Positions 23,805 to 37,095 of a stretch of DNA of 64,000 nucleotides are shown here, one piece after another. This stretch comes from Mytilus trossulus (Eukaryota). Under the pieces are notes generated by a model. That model ran no database searches and had not been told where the DNA came from. It saw only the letters and a program-made list of their open reading frames with translations. The first letter of the stretch is position 1. Each line of letters opens with the position of its first letter. The DNA is taken from positions 43,710,001 to 43,774,000 of the forward strand of contig NC_086386.1 in NCBI RefSeq assembly GCF_036588685.1, in the 5' to 3' direction. Made by a program: the position numbers and the translations under genes.

Positions 23805-26278
23805 TAGTATCAGGACATTGGTTTTATTCCTTTAACAGGGGGTATATACAGAGATGTTAAAATAGTGTTATCACACTGTTAAATACTAGTCCAAGGTTTC
23901 CGGACCTAATAATAGTATCAGGACATTGGTTTTATTCCTTTAACAGGGGGTATATACAGAGATGTTAAAACAGTGTTATCAGACTGTTAAATACTAGTCC
24001 AAGGTTTCCGGACCTAATAATAGTATCAGGACATTGGTTTTATTCCTTTAACAGGGGGTATATACAGAGATGTTAAAATAGTGTTATCACACTGTTAAAT
24101 ACTAGTCCAAGGTCCCCGGACCTAATAATAGTATCAGGACATTGGTTTTATTCCTTTAACAGGGGGTATATACAGAGATGTTAAGATTAGTGTTGTCAAA
24201 TCGTACACTTTTGCCTAACCGGTTACTCGGATAATCGTTCGACCGATTAACCGGTTAACCGGTAGTTTTAAGTTGTCATTCGAAAGCCTTTTCAATAGTT
24301 CCATACATGTACACATAGTTATAAGATGTGGTAAAAGTGTCAATTTGACAACCTTTCATCCAAGTCATAATACTACGATTAAAGAATTGAAGTTTGTCCT
24401 TTGGCATTATAAGGCTTTATCTTACATTGATCTTTTGATGTAGTCCCTTAGTTTGCATTTCACAATTTTTAAGGTAGCATTTCGTTTAAAGAAAGACTAA
24501 ACCTTGCACTACTGAGGTCACACATTAAGATGTTTACACAATATTAGATCAAAAACGAAATAATGAACTAATTAGTAAAATTTAATCGCATCTCTGATTT
24601 AAAGTTATTGTTAAAAAAACATGTTTACCAATCATGTTTCTTTAAGCTCCTGCCCTGAGCTCTAATTAATTTCATGTATTTAGAATCAACAATAGCAATC
24701 AATCATATACTGGGCAATTGATCTGTCAAATAAATAACCACGACGACAATTTTAAAATAAAACATAACTATTTAATGATTTCCATGCAAATTTATATCAA
24801 AACTATCAAAATTGAAAAAAAAGTCCGGTTAACCGGTTAGCGTTTTTGGTATTCGGTATTCGGTCGTTCGACCAGTTAACCGTTGACAACACTAGTTAAA
24901 ATAGTGTTATCAGACTGTTAAATACTAGTTCAAGGTCTCCGGACCTAATAATAGTATCAGGACATTGGTTTTATTCCTTTAACAGGGGGTATATACAGAG
25001 ATGTTAAAATAGTGTTATCAGACTGTTAAATACTAGTCCAAGGTCTCAGGACCTAATAATAGTATCAGGACATTGGTTTTATTCCTTTAACAGGGGGTAT
25101 ATACAGAGATGTTAAAATAGTGTTATCAGACTGTTAAATACTATAGTCCAAGGTCTCCGGACCTAATAATAGTATCAGGACATTGGTTTTATTCCTTTAA
25201 CAGGGGGTATATACAGAGATGTTAAAATAGTGTTATCAGACTGTTAAATACTAGTCCAAGGTCTCAGGACCTAATAATAGTATCAGGACATTGGTTTTAT
25301 TCCTTTAACAGGGGGTATATACAGAGATGTTAAAATAGTGTTATCAGACTGTTAAATACTATAGTCCAAGGTCTCCGGACCTAATAATAGTATCAGGACA
25401 TTGGTTTTATTCCTTTAACAGGGGGTATATACAGAGATGTTAAAATAGTGTTATCAGACTGTTAAATACTAGTCCAAGGTCTCAGGACCTAATAATAGTA
25501 TCAGGACATTGGTTTTATTCCTTTAACAGGGGGTATATACAGAGATGTTAAAATAGTGTTATCACACTGTTAAATACTAGTCCAAGGTCTCCGGACCTAA
25601 TAATAGTATCATATTGGGCCTAGTGTTATCAGACTGTTAAATACTAGTCCAAGGTCTCCGGACCTAATAATAGTATCATATTGGGCCTAGTGTTATCACA
25701 CTGTTAAATACTAGTCCAACGTCTCTGGACCTAATAATAGTATCATATTGGGCCTAGTGTTATCACACTGTTAAATACTAGTCCAAGGTCTCCGGACCTA
25801 ATAATAGTATCATATTGGGCCTAGTGTTATCACACTGTTAAATACTAGTCCAACATCTCCGGACCTAATAATAGTATCATATTGGGCCTAGTGTTATCAC
25901 ACTGTTAAATACTAGTCCAAGGTCTCCGGACCTAATAATAGTATCATATTGGGCCTAGTGTTATCACACTGTTAAATACTAGTCCATGGTCTCCGGACCT
26001 AATAATAGTATCATATTGGGCCTAGTGTTATCACACTGTTAAATACTAGTCCAAGGTCTCCGGACCTAATAATAGTATCATATTAGGCCTAGTGTTACCA
26101 CACTATTAAATACTAGTCTAAGGTCTCTGGACCTAATAATAGTATCATATTGGGCCTAGTGTTATCACACTGTTAAATACTAGTCCAAGGTCTCCGGACC
26201 TAATAATAGTATCATATTGGGCCTAGTGTTATCACACTGTTAAATACTAGTCCAAGGTCTCTGGACCTAATAATAGTA
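23805..26278. repeat. Composite satellite: ~10 x 108/110-bp units followed by ~10 x 67-bp units sharing a core
   Basis: Period 108 (23805, 23913, 24021) switches to period 67 at 25604; shared core TAGTGTTATCACACTGTTAAATACTAGTCCAAGGTCTCCGGACCTAATAATAGTATCA. Confidence 0.95.
24188..24894. mobile_element. hAT-like MITE inserted in the satellite
   Basis: 12-bp perfect TIR TAGTGTTGTCAA/TTGACAACACTA, 8-bp TSD GTTAAGAT/GTTAAAAT, subterminal AACCGGTT motifs at both ends. Confidence 0.85.
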
Positions 26279-28096
26279 TAGGGCCTATATATTTAGTGTT
26301 GATGTCATATCAAAGGAAAGTTGTCTTGTTTAAAAGTAAATATGGTTCTCAAGTACCTGCTTTGTTGTTGTATTGGTATTGATGTTTAAAATGTCAAAGT
26401 TTAAATTTTCTGATTATTTCATATCAATGAACATTGACCAGTAATTATATTCAATAAGGGCTTTGACCAGTTAATATTGATGTTCAGAGAAATTTTTAAG
26501 GTTGAGAGAAAGATCTTTTTTTTGGGGGTGGTTATCGATGGGATTGATTTAAATAAAATTGAGAACGGAAATGTTTCAAAGAGACAACAACCTGACCATA
26601 GAGCAGAAAAACAGCCGAAAGCCCACAATCAGCAAGAATTTCCAGCATTGGAGGCATGCTTCAGCTGGCCCCTAAAAAAAATATGTACTAGTTTCTAGTT
26701 GAACCATTTTAATACGATGTTAGATTAAGCATATTTAAGAACCCCAAGAATTCAAGAATAAACCCCACTGAAATTGATCATGAAATAAGCCATTTTCATT
26801 TGAAGAGGTCTAGTGATCTATATTAGAAGAGGTCCACAAACTACTTCAGTCATTTGGTCAATACAGTCCCTAAAAATTATTGACACAACTGAATTTTAAA
26901 AGAATGATTTTATTATAATTCTATTCACATGGTGAATATTTAAAAATAGTGAAAACTGGCTACTACCGTATTTATCATTATTATGAATATTCATTTCTTT
27001 TAACTAAACATGGTTCTATATCAAAAACACAATAAAAACAATGTACAAAAGAAAAAATTAAAGGCAATCATACATCAGAAAAATAAGTATCTTAAGACTA
27101 GTTATATCTCGTTTCTTCTATTCAACGGAAGATGATGGTTAAATGTAGTGTGTCAGGCGAATTCTTAAAAACAGGCTTCAGCTTGTTGAAGTGTCATCAA
27201 TTGGTTGTGATATAAATTTAGAATTTGATTGTCTAATGCTAGTTTTATGTAGAATTTGATTATACAATCGATAATGGCCAATCATTTTACACAACATGTT
27301 TTATGTACTAACTTGTTATATTCTTTTTCAGAAGAGTAGATTTTATATTGATCTATTTCATGTTCATTAAAGCAGATTAATAAAATCAGGTCATTAGCCA
27401 ATGTTTTCTACCTGTTTTAATTAATGATAAGATGAAAGAATTCTAGACGTGATTTCAACACTGGAAAAAATATGTTTAAAAAAATCAAAGAGAAAAAAAA
27501 AGAGATTTAATTTTTGAAAATGAAAATTTTATGTTGAAACGGTTGCAGAGTATTAGGTTTTTAATTCACTATAAAATAAACATTGTTTAATTGATTTATA
27601 ACAGTAAATGTTCTCTATGCTGTAAAAGGTTGGGTATAATTTGAATGGTTCAATATTTAAAGGATCTTCAGGAAAACAATGTAATCTGTAGTCAAAGACG
27701 ATTTTTTTATGACCATAAATAGTTCTTTTTGTTACTTATTGATCCAGTCTTGCAAACATGCAATTAAGTCTTAAAATTGTTGTAACATAATTTCCTTTAA
27801 GTAATCTTTTTTATCATGATATCTGATTAATAAATTCATGTTTAAACTTGCACATTCATTTGAAGTGATAAACCCCGGTTTTATAAACCATTCCATTTTT
27901 CGTGGAAAACATGGGTATTCATTTCAGTAATTAATGGTAAAGTACTCTGTGGATTTTTTGTACTTATTGATTTTATTAGACACTTTTTTATTTTAATGTT
28001 TTATGTATGTTGATTCACCAACTTATGACATTTATCGTAGATGTGTCATGCATATTGAAATCAGTAGCATATTTAATTATTGAGGGGGTGGGGTAT

Positions 28097-29105
28097 ATAA
28101 AAAAGAAGATATGGTATGATTGCCAATGAGACAACTATCCACAAAAGACCAAAATGACACAGACATTAACAACTATAGGTCACCATACAGCCTTCAACAA
28201 TGAGCAAAGCCCATACCACATATATAAGTCAGCTATAAAAGGATCTGATAAGACAATGTAAAACAATAGACCACTTTCAAGTTCATCCGTCACCTGCAAA
28301 AACTCGTCAATTAGGCACGCCTGTATGACGTCATTTACCAGATAGAGGGGGTCGCCTGTATCCCTGCACTATTTAGGTTCATCAAGCGTCTTAGTGATCG
28401 TCTTTGTGCAGGACAAACTAGAAATAATTTCTGCTCTGTAGGTATTTACTGACAATTCCCTAATGACAGCAGTGTTGATTGTCAATTTTGAGAATTCAAT
28501 TTGTCGAATAATTCGTACAATATAGAATTATAGTTTTCCAACCACTCGCTCAACATTGGTGGGGAAGTGACGACGCCCCTAAACGCACAAATGACGGTGA
28601 TAAAGGCGTGTATAATTGATGAGTTTTTTCCGGTGACAAATGAACTCGAAAGTGGTCTATTCAAACAAGAAAACTAATGGCCTCATTTATGTAAAAAAAA
28701 TCAACGAAAAACAAATATGTAACATATAAACAAATGACAGCCACTGAATTACAGGCTCCTAACTTGGGACAGGCACGTACATAAATAATGTGGCAGGGTC
28801 AAAAATGTTAGCGGGATCCCAACCCTCTCCCTAACCTGGGACAGTGGTATAATAGTACAACCTAAGAACGAACTATAAAAATCAGTTGAAAAAGGCTTAA
28901 CTGATCAGATGGACAAAAATACAAGTGGACGTGGCCAGATATAAAAATCATGCATCTTATACTAAACTATCGATCCGTACACATCCAACTTCCAATGGAT
29001 TTAGTGTAAAGACGTCATAAACAGTCAGAGAAAAACATGACCTTGTGCAATGCCAAGTTACAGGTATCGACAGATTGTAGATCCATGAATATGTATATGT
29101 ATATA
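28097..29105. mobile_element. High-copy dispersed repeat (AAGATGTGGTATGATTGCCAATGAGACAACT family)
   Basis: Related fragments at ~6060, 11220-11740, 16310-16500, 24320, 46730, 54550, 55130, 59790 and 61920, in both orientations; class not determined. Confidence 0.7.
28268..28658. mobile_element. Long-TIR MITE with AT target duplication (ISL2EU-like)
   Basis: ~70-bp imperfect TIR AGACCACTTTCAAGTTCAT... / ...ATGAACTCGAAAGTGGTCT; the empty site AAACAATTCAAAC is visible in the paralogous host copy at ~11560. Confidence 0.8.
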
Positions 29106-30230
29106 ACATGTAATTCTTCAATTAAATTGATGATGCTGCTAGTCTACTGGCAGTCCTTAAAGTTTCTACTATTCAGCACTGGAATGACTTCAATGATGCA
29201 TTGTTTATTTTTAAATTTTTCAGTTTATGAAAAAAAGTCAATTCACATGTTAATGCGAAAAATACACAGTTTCTTTTAATTTGCTTGATTGATTTTAGGC
29301 CAATACACATACAGTAGCACATGCAAGACTCAACTAAATATACCACAATGGGTGTCAATATGAAAAATGCCTTTCATATAAATTTTCTTTTAGGCTCTTG
29401 CATGTGCCAAATATATTTTTTTTGTTTGTTTGGTAAAGACCATATTTGGCCCTGATTATAAAGTTGAACGTTTCAATAAAACGAATAAGTAAGAATGTTA
29501 TAAAGAATCATTTTTTTCAAAAGCATTGATTTTGAGATTTCTAACAATCAGAAAGTAGAGATTTTTGATTTTTGCTAAATTTTGACAAAATCATCCAAAT
29601 AGCCAAAAAGAATATGGACTTGATAATACATATCAGCATTTATTTAACCACTAAGATGTCCTTTAATAACCAGATATAAATATAAATAGATTATAAACAA
29701 CCATATGGAATTAGATTTTTCTAGGCCTGTTTAAGTTTGAAGTCTTAGAAGTTCAAAGCATATAAATGTTGAAAATATGACGCACAACCCTATAATTTGA
29801 CCTTTGAACAAAATAGTAGTGCATATCAACTTTCTGTTCTGGGATAAAAGTTTTCTAGAAACTTCATAGTAAAAGTGGCACATATTTTGCCTATGGCAAA
29901 CTTTATAATTGTTTATATGTACAGAATTGCAACCTTAGATAGAGTTTGTGAGATGTACTGCTCAGACAATCTCAGAATAGACAGCCAGGATCAGTTCAGA
30001 TTTCAAGCTTGTTAACATAGATAGTTACTCTTACTTGTTAATCTTCTTCTATATAAAGTTTATCATTTTATATTACAATTCATAATGAAGATTTATGAGT
30101 TTAAGCTGGATAATAATATTGCTTAAAGTATAGATAATGGAGTTTGTAGGTGTCTTATAGGTGTTAATGGTTAACCACCCTTTAATCACACTATAATTAA
30201 TGGTATAATGATGTTCTTCTTTTATTACAG

Positions 30231-30287
30231 GATGACAGATTAAGTAAAAAAGATTTTCTGGAAACATGCTTTTATTGGTTGAAACAG
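30231..30287 (+). CDS. Naam: Nicotinamidase exon 3 (DDRLSKKDFLETCFYWLKQ)
   Basis: ttacAG acceptor, CAG|GTAAAG donor, phase 0/0; completes the second EF-hand-like loop DQDQDDRLSKKD. Confidence 0.85.
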
Positions 30288-30951
30288 GTAAAGGCTAAAA
30301 ATACATGTAAGATCTAGAGTATATACTGAGGTCAAGGTGACCGATGGAAATCAGAGTTTATAGATAATTCTCCAAATATATATTGATTGAAATAATTCCA
30401 GAAAAATATGCATGGCTTTATGTATATGTTGTTAGTTGCAAAGCTGAAGATCTGTGACAAAAACTAATAAGGATATATATAGGTTAATACAATTATTTAC
30501 AGAGATTAGAATTATATCATGTGTAATTAAACAACAACCATCCATACCACATTTATGGTAAAAGATAGAAAACATCAAGATATAATAAACACCAACAATT
30601 ACATAAAAGGTTAATGAATTTGGTCAAGCAGATATATTCAAGTTGCTGTTTCAAAGTTTTGGGAGTTACATTTGAAAGATGAAAATACAAATACTCAATT
30701 TCTCACACGAGTGTACCTACACAATAAATGGTTAACAGTTTTTGGATAAATGGAGTATATGCTGTAGTATTTTTGCTTTCTAAAATAATTCAAAACAGTA
30801 ACAAAAATGTGAAAATAAAAAAAGGGACAAATAAACCACCAAATTAAAAAAAATCCATAAATTGTTATACCGTAGGCAGCACTGAACATCCCAAAAAGCA
30901 GCTGTCCTTTTATTTAAAAAGACAATGATTTTAACTTTTTTTTCTTCCCAG

Positions 30952-31191
30952 ATATTACAGCCAGTATCTGCTTTGATAGTGGTTGATGTGCAGAATGATT
31001 TTTTAGATGGTAGCCTTGCCCTTCGTAATTGTCCTGCTGGTCAAGATGGCCTTGGGGTCATTCCAGCCATTAATTCCGTCCTTGACACCGTCAACTTTGA
31101 CCTGGTTGTGTATACAAGAGACTGGCATCCATCAAATCATATATCATTTATAGACAATATAGATAAACGAAAACTACACTCAACAAATAAG
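30952..31191 (+). CDS. Naam: Nicotinamidase exon 4
   Basis: ALIVVDVQNDF (catalytic Asp) and TRDWHP (metal ligands); canonical AG/GT; 240 nt. Confidence 0.95.
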
Positions 31192-31371
31192 GTAAGAATT
31201 TGAAGAGAAGGCTAAAAAATGAATGAGTTGTTACTAGATGTTTTGGTGTGACTTGAAATGCAAAAATACAAAATACAAAAGCCTGTCGCTTGGTTTAAAG
31301 TTTGTTTCATCAAAAAAGGTCAAATTAACTTTACAATTGATATATACACATGAAATATAATGCATAATCTA

Positions 31372-31587
31372 CTATGGATTCATTTATTTTCGTGGGTACC
31401 AATTTTTGTGGATTGAGGAAAACTTGCATATTCATGGATATTCATTTTCAAAGTTTTGGCAAAGTCTGGATACTGTTTGTGAGTCCTTTAGACAATTTGT
31501 AATTCATTGAACATTTAAACTTGTGGTTCCCCTGTACCCAAGAAATCCATGAAAATTAGTATCCAACGAATATTAATGGACCCACAG
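31372..31587. mobile_element. TA-flanked MITE (Tc1/mariner-like)
   Basis: TA-CTATGGATTCATT...AATGGACCCACAG-TA; related copy at 46835-47015. Confidence 0.65.
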
Positions 31588-31639
31588 TAATTGACAAATG
31601 TGGAATTCAAATCTGGCAGAGTTGTAAGTGTGCTTTCAT

Positions 31640-31777
31640 TTTTATACGACCACAAAAAAATTTAATCACAATCCAAATTTAGAGCTGTATCAAGCTTGAA
31701 TACTGTGTCCATATTGGCCCCAATAGTTCAGAGTTTGACTGCTGTCGTATCAAGCTGCACCCTTCTGAGCATTTTAT
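31640..31777 (+). mobile_element. Internally deleted mini-copy of the HINE at 41994-43781
   Basis: 5' TTTATACGACCACA joined directly to the 3' segment TTTAATCACAATCCAAATTTAGAGCTG...GTCGTATCAAGCTGC. Confidence 0.75.
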
Positions 31778-32113
31778 TTAGCTTCACGCTACTACACACT
31801 GCTAACAGTAACATGGATGACTTGAATCAGTTCTAACTTCTTCTACAACAGTTTTGTACATTTCTGACAAGTAGAAGAGTTTGATTTGATTTTGCTCAGA
31901 ATTTTCAATGAACTACAAAAGGAAGACAGCAACACTTATAATCAAGTCACATTTAAAAGATTTTCTGTAGTAAATGGGAATATTTCCATTCAGATACTAG
32001 TACGTGGTCTATTACCTTTTTGTATTGTTTCTAATTTTCAGCTTTACCATTTCAAATATTTTTCGGAAAAACATTTATTTTGAAATGTTTAAAAAAGTAC
32101 ATTTTATTTACAG

Positions 32114-32242
32114 ATCTTGTGTTCAGAGGCCAAACCTATGGATACTGTGATATTTGAAGGTCCACCCCCAACTGTACAGAAACTCTGGCCATCACATTGT
32201 ATTCAGGGTTCATGGGGATCAGAGTTACATACAGAATTGAAG
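32114..32242 (+). CDS. Naam: Nicotinamidase exon 5
   Basis: ILCSEAKPMDTVIFEGPPPTVQKLWPSHCIQGSWGSELHTELK (WPxHC motif); AG/GT; 129 nt. Confidence 0.95.
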
Positions 32243-32585
32243 GTAAAATCATTGGTGTGAAATACAGATACTCAGACACTTTATTAAAACAATGCTATTT
32301 GAGTATATTTTGTGAGGGCTTGTAATTTCATTATGGTTGTGGAAGTGTAGTAAGGGACTTTACAAATTGAAAATGCTGAAATATTTTGTTTCCCTTCTTA
32401 AGTTTGCCTAAACCAAATGTTTTGAAACGTATACACCATGCTTATTACCACAAAACACTAATCAATTTCAAATTTTGGTGGTGTCACTTTTACCATTCTA
32501 GAATTATGCCCATTTACAAATGGAAAAATTGCTTTGTGGGGGGGGGGTCCCATTGACACATTTATTTTCTATTTGACATAGTTAA

Positions 32586-33166
32586 AGGAGTAGGTCCGGT
32601 AAGACCTCTTTTTGGTCCCAAAATATGGCAGTTTTACAAAATTGTTAAAATGTAAACTTTTAGTTATTTATTGGACAGTTGAATGCTTCTGCTACATACA
32701 TATGGGATATTTTTGACAATACAATGCACACATATCGGGTTGTAGCACCATAAAGTCATGCTAAATTACTGAAATCTTCAAAATTCTATCATTTTAGTTA
32801 AATTTTAGACGGTTTCCGTGTAAAACGAAAGTGGCCGCATTCGTGTTCATCCTTAATATTGAAATGTAAGTTGTATTTCCTAATAATACATAACATAAAT
32901 AAAGGTTGTGGATGAACACAGATGCGGCCACTTTCATTTTTGACCAAAACTATCTGAAAAGTGACGTTTTTTGGCATATTTGAGAGATTTTTCATATTTA
33001 AGCTTGAATCGGATCGTTTTTAATGACTAAATTAGTTAAAATCTTTCACAAAAAACTAATTGAATCAAGTGAAATAGACACTTAAGTGTTTAAAAAGTGG
33101 TCAAAATCTTTCGTCAGATGAAACTGAAATTTGAGGCCAAAATTAGTCCTTACCGGACCTACTCCT
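32586..33166. mobile_element. TTAA-flanked MITE (Kolobok-like)
   Basis: TTAA-AGGAGTAGGTCCGGTAAG ... CTTACCGGACCTACTCCT-TTAA, 18-bp perfect TIR. Confidence 0.9.
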
Positions 33167-33225
33167 TTAACATTTAGACAAGTATGTATGCACATCTATG
33201 GAATCAGTTCTTTTACTTTGCATTT

Positions 33226-33606
33226 TAATTATAGTATAACTAATCGCCGTATTTGAATATCAAAAATAAGACAACGCGCGACCAAACGACGGATGGATTA
33301 AACGAGTGCGCAGCACGAGTTTAATCCATAGCGGCGTTCGGTCAAAAGTTGTCTTATTTTTGATATTCAAATACGGCGATTAGTTATACTTTTTATAACA
33401 TTGGCTAATGGCTTTTTTTTATGAAATAAATGAAGAAATTGTAAGGAACTATATGTTTTTCCTACGCATTCAAAATTTGTTTTGATACAACGTTATCGCA
33501 TCTTGACAACGCCTATTGTTGTATGACGTCAGAGAGTGAAGTAACCACGTTTATTTCACATGTGAAATTATCGGTTTTATCTAACTGGGAAATCAATGTA
33601 ATTTAT
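33226..33606. mobile_element. Element with a ~158-bp palindrome at one end
   Basis: 43-bp perfect arms AGTATAACTAATCGCCGTATTTGAATATCAAAAATAAGACAAC (33233-33390) plus imperfect inner arms. Confidence 0.7.
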
Positions 33607-33682
33607 TGCAACCAATGTAATAAAAATATTTATTTGTTTTTTTATCTAGAACGTATATTTGTTTTTGTTATTTTTAATCTAG

Positions 33683-33851
33683 AACACAGATGGTGGTATC
33701 ATAGTTAACAAAGGAACACATCCCAATGTGGATAGTTACTCAGCATTCTGGGACAACAATAGGCAATCCCAAACAGATCTGGTCAAAATATTGTCAAAAC
33801 ACAAAGTTACTGATGTGTATGTGTGTGGTGTAGCATATGATGTATGTGTAG
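33683..33851 (+). CDS. Naam: Nicotinamidase exon 6
   Basis: NKGTHPNVDSYSAF (catalytic Lys) and GVAYDVCV (nucleophile Cys); phase-1 donor G|GTAAG. Confidence 0.95.
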
Positions 33852-34441
33852 GTAAGTTGTTAAATGCATTGTTAGCTGGTGCAAATACATTTAAGTCATT
33901 CAAGATTCCAAATCAGTATTGTAAAAATTACAATATTCTCTGGGTTTTCATAAGATATTATTTTTTGTCAGACTACAAATTAATAAAGTCAAATTCAAGA
34001 AATAAAACATCCCCAGAATGAAAGAAATGTTTTTTCACTAAAAATATTACAACAAAAATCTATTGTAACTTATACTGAAATGATCATGACATACATATAC
34101 TTTTCTTTGAGGGTTGTTTGCAGTATGTAACTGTGTTAATCACTATACATATACATACCTGCAAACTGTCACTATTTGCATGGAATTTCCCCCATGGAGG
34201 TTCCCTAATTGAAATTTTGAGAGAGCAATTTTGTCCACAATTTTAAACAAAACATGACTTAGGCTTGTAAAAGTATGAAGAAGCCCAAAAAGCAACATTA
34301 AAATGTATTTGAAGGCCCCCTTGAAGGTTTTTCAGGACTATGGCAGCCATCTTGCACACAAAACCCCCATGGGCATTTTAAAAAGTTGGCAGGTATGCAT
34401 ATAAAATGTATATGTTAATAGCTTTATTTGATGTTTTACAG

Positions 34442-34584
34442 GGTTTACCTGTTTAGACGCTGTAGAACATGGATTTAGGACAGTACTAATTGAGGATGCC
34501 TGTCGAGGTGTAGATCTGACAGATATAGATGAAATGAGGAAAAATCTGAAGACCAATGGTGCTGTCATTAGTCATTCCTGCAAG
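34442..34584 (+). CDS. Naam: Nicotinamidase exon 7
   Basis: (G)FTCLDAVEHGFRTVLIEDACRGVDLTDIDEMRKNLKTNGAVISHSCK; AG/GT; phase matches exon 6. Confidence 0.95.
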
Positions 34585-34640
34585 GTATGATTTTAATTTA
34601 CAAACTTTGTACTTTTGTACTTTACATTTCAGTCAGGATC

Positions 34641-35735
34641 CTACTTCGTCAAAATTATCTCCCCATTACGCCAGTTCATTTTCACAATCGTAGAAACGTA
34701 AGCCATTGTAGGGATGACGCGCAACCAATTTTGCTCTTGGAAACCGATAAATTTATCCACATTGCACCATTACGATCTTATATGTCAGTTGTATTTTTAA
34801 AGACAAATGTATCAACTAGCTAATGAGCATCAGTTAATAATCTTGTCTGCATTGATTCAGCTTAAAACTATTGTCTGATCGGTGGTCAGGTGGAATTTTC
34901 GAAAATTCATAAAATTAAATTAAATATTTCGTGGAAGGGCAGACTAGATTTTTTTAGTGTATAAAGACTATAAACTCTAGTTATCACACACAAAAAATTA
35001 GAATTTTTCGAAGATATGCATTTTCATCATCCAACTTGAAAGACTGTCGTCAAGTACTTTCAGTAAAAAAATAGCTATACGAACACACCTTCTCTGTTTT
35101 TGTGACTCATTAGATAGGTATTTCACTTGACCCATATATTCCATCTTTTAGTACTGTGATTTTTTTTGTGTTATAACATCAACCTGTAGCTTTAATATAT
35201 AAAAATGATAGAATCTGAAGCGAGACGATGTATGAAATATTCTTACTTTGTACGATATCAAGACAAAATACTCAATACAAACACGCCCTAACATAAAAAG
35301 GTGCACTCGATTTTCACTTTTCGATACAATTGTTACCCATTTTTTTTATTTATTTCTTCAGTCACATAATCAGGGCATATAGGGCAGACACGAAAATTAC
35401 TGAACTTATAGATTGATATGGTTTCCGTCTGTGGTAATTTTTTTCAAAAAAATCGGAGGTTATGCATTTTTGTCATCCAACTTGAAAGATACCCATGTCG
35501 TGGACTTGGTATCTAATTGTTCTGCTTAACTATGAACTAGATAAATTGAAAACTTATGCAAATGGTGTTTTTAAAATAAAATGCCTCGTAATTGAGAAGA
35601 AAATTGCAATTTTGTTTGTTTCTATTAACTTTTAAAATTTTTGTCACTATAGTAAACAATACAGTAATCATTTATCGCCTTCTCTAATAAAGAGCTTAGA
35701 TTCTTTTGAACTATTTCAACCTGGTTTCCGACTGC
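34641..35735 (+). mobile_element. ~1.1-kb unclassified dispersed repeat, inverted copy at 62826-63914
   Basis: Continuous high similarity to the reverse complement of 62826-63914. Confidence 0.85.
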
Positions 35736-35854
35736 ATTTGTCCAAAAAAAATGCATATCCAGTGACATATGCCCAAGAGTTATTTGCACTTCTAATGGGT
35801 CTTGTCCTGATTGACCAACAATTTGAAAATTGTAACCTTTGTCTGAGACAATTT

Positions 35855-36286
35855 CATGAAAGTTGTACTTGTCCTGTAGTTTGTTTTTGACATGAAAGTT
35901 GTACTTGTCCTGTAGTTTGTTTTTGACATGAAAGTTGTACTTGTCCTGTAGTTTGTTTTTGACATGAAAGTTGTACTTGTCCTGTAGTTTATTTTTGACA
36001 TGAAAGTTGTACTTGTCCTGTAGTTTGTTTTTGACATGAAAGTTGTACTTGTCCTGTAGTTTGTTTTTGACATGAAAGTTGTACTTGTCCTGTAGTTTAT
36101 TTTTGACATGAAAGTTGTACTTGTCCTGTAGTTTATTTTTGACATGAAAGTTGTACTTGTCCTGTAGTTTGTTTTTGACATGAAAGTTGTACTTGTCCTG
36201 TAGTTTATTTTTGACATGAAAGTTGTACTTGTCCTGTAGTTTATTTTTTACATGAAAGTTGTACTTGTCCTGTAGTTTGTTTTTGA
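35855..36286. repeat. 36-bp minisatellite, 12 nearly identical copies
   Basis: Unit CATGAAAGTTGTACTTGTCCTGTAGTTTRTTTTTGA. Confidence 0.95.
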
Positions 36287-36326
36287 CCCATCTGTGTATT
36301 GTTAGGGTCCCCACCTAGTTGTGAGC

Positions 36327-36502
36327 NNNNNNNNNNNNNNNNNNNNNNNNNNNNNNNNNNNNNNNNNNNNNNNNNNNNNNNNNNNNNNNNNNNNNNNNNN
36401 NNNNNNNNNNNNNNNNNNNNNNNNNNNNNNNNNNNNNNNNNNNNNNNNNNNNNNNNNNNNNNNNNNNNNNNNNNNNNNNNNNNNNNNNNNNNNNNNNNNN
36501 NN
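36327..36502. other. Assembly gap (176 N)
   Basis: Run of N within the last nicotinamidase intron. Confidence 1.
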
Positions 36503-37095
36503 GTTTTATATCTAGAGAATTGTTTTAATTTCATACTTTATATTTCACATACATGTATATTAACCAACACCTCGAGGGTGTGCCATAATGTTTGTCCTTG
36601 GTCAAAGTTTAAGGTTAAAAACTTTGGTTTTAGTTGACAACCCCTTGTCCTATGGTAAAGATTGTTTCTGCTCTATATCTTGAGAAAAGTATGTTTTCAA
36701 AATTTATACTTGACATGTATATTAACTTAAACCAGAGGGTTTGTCATAATGTATGTACAACTGTTTGAGTCAAAGATCAAGATCAAACACTTTGGTTTCA
36801 GGTAGTATGGTACAGATCATGTCTGCTCTATAATTTGAGAACCTTTATGATTTCAAAAATTTGTACATCAATGTTACTAAAAAGAAAATATTTTGAAAAA
36901 GAAAATCTGAAAAAGTCTATTATAAGGAATGAAAAGCTACTAATTTTAAGATAAAAAAGTAATTAAGAATTATGTTAAACAACCCAAGAATAAATCTAAC
37001 AATTCCTTCACTATTAATGACAATTGAATAAGTGGAGCAACTAAACATAAAAGTCAGTCTTTGAATTTAGTAAGTCTAAGAATTATAATAACCCA

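Noticed and set aside
23805-26278. CRISPR-like repeat/spacer pattern
   Set aside because: The intervening segments are identical between units, so it is a satellite.
35625-36314. 229-aa and 141-aa repetitive ORFs
   Set aside because: Translations of a stop-free 36-bp minisatellite in an intron, next to a gap.
36241-36637. ORFs spanning the N run
   Set aside because: Artefacts of the assembly gap.
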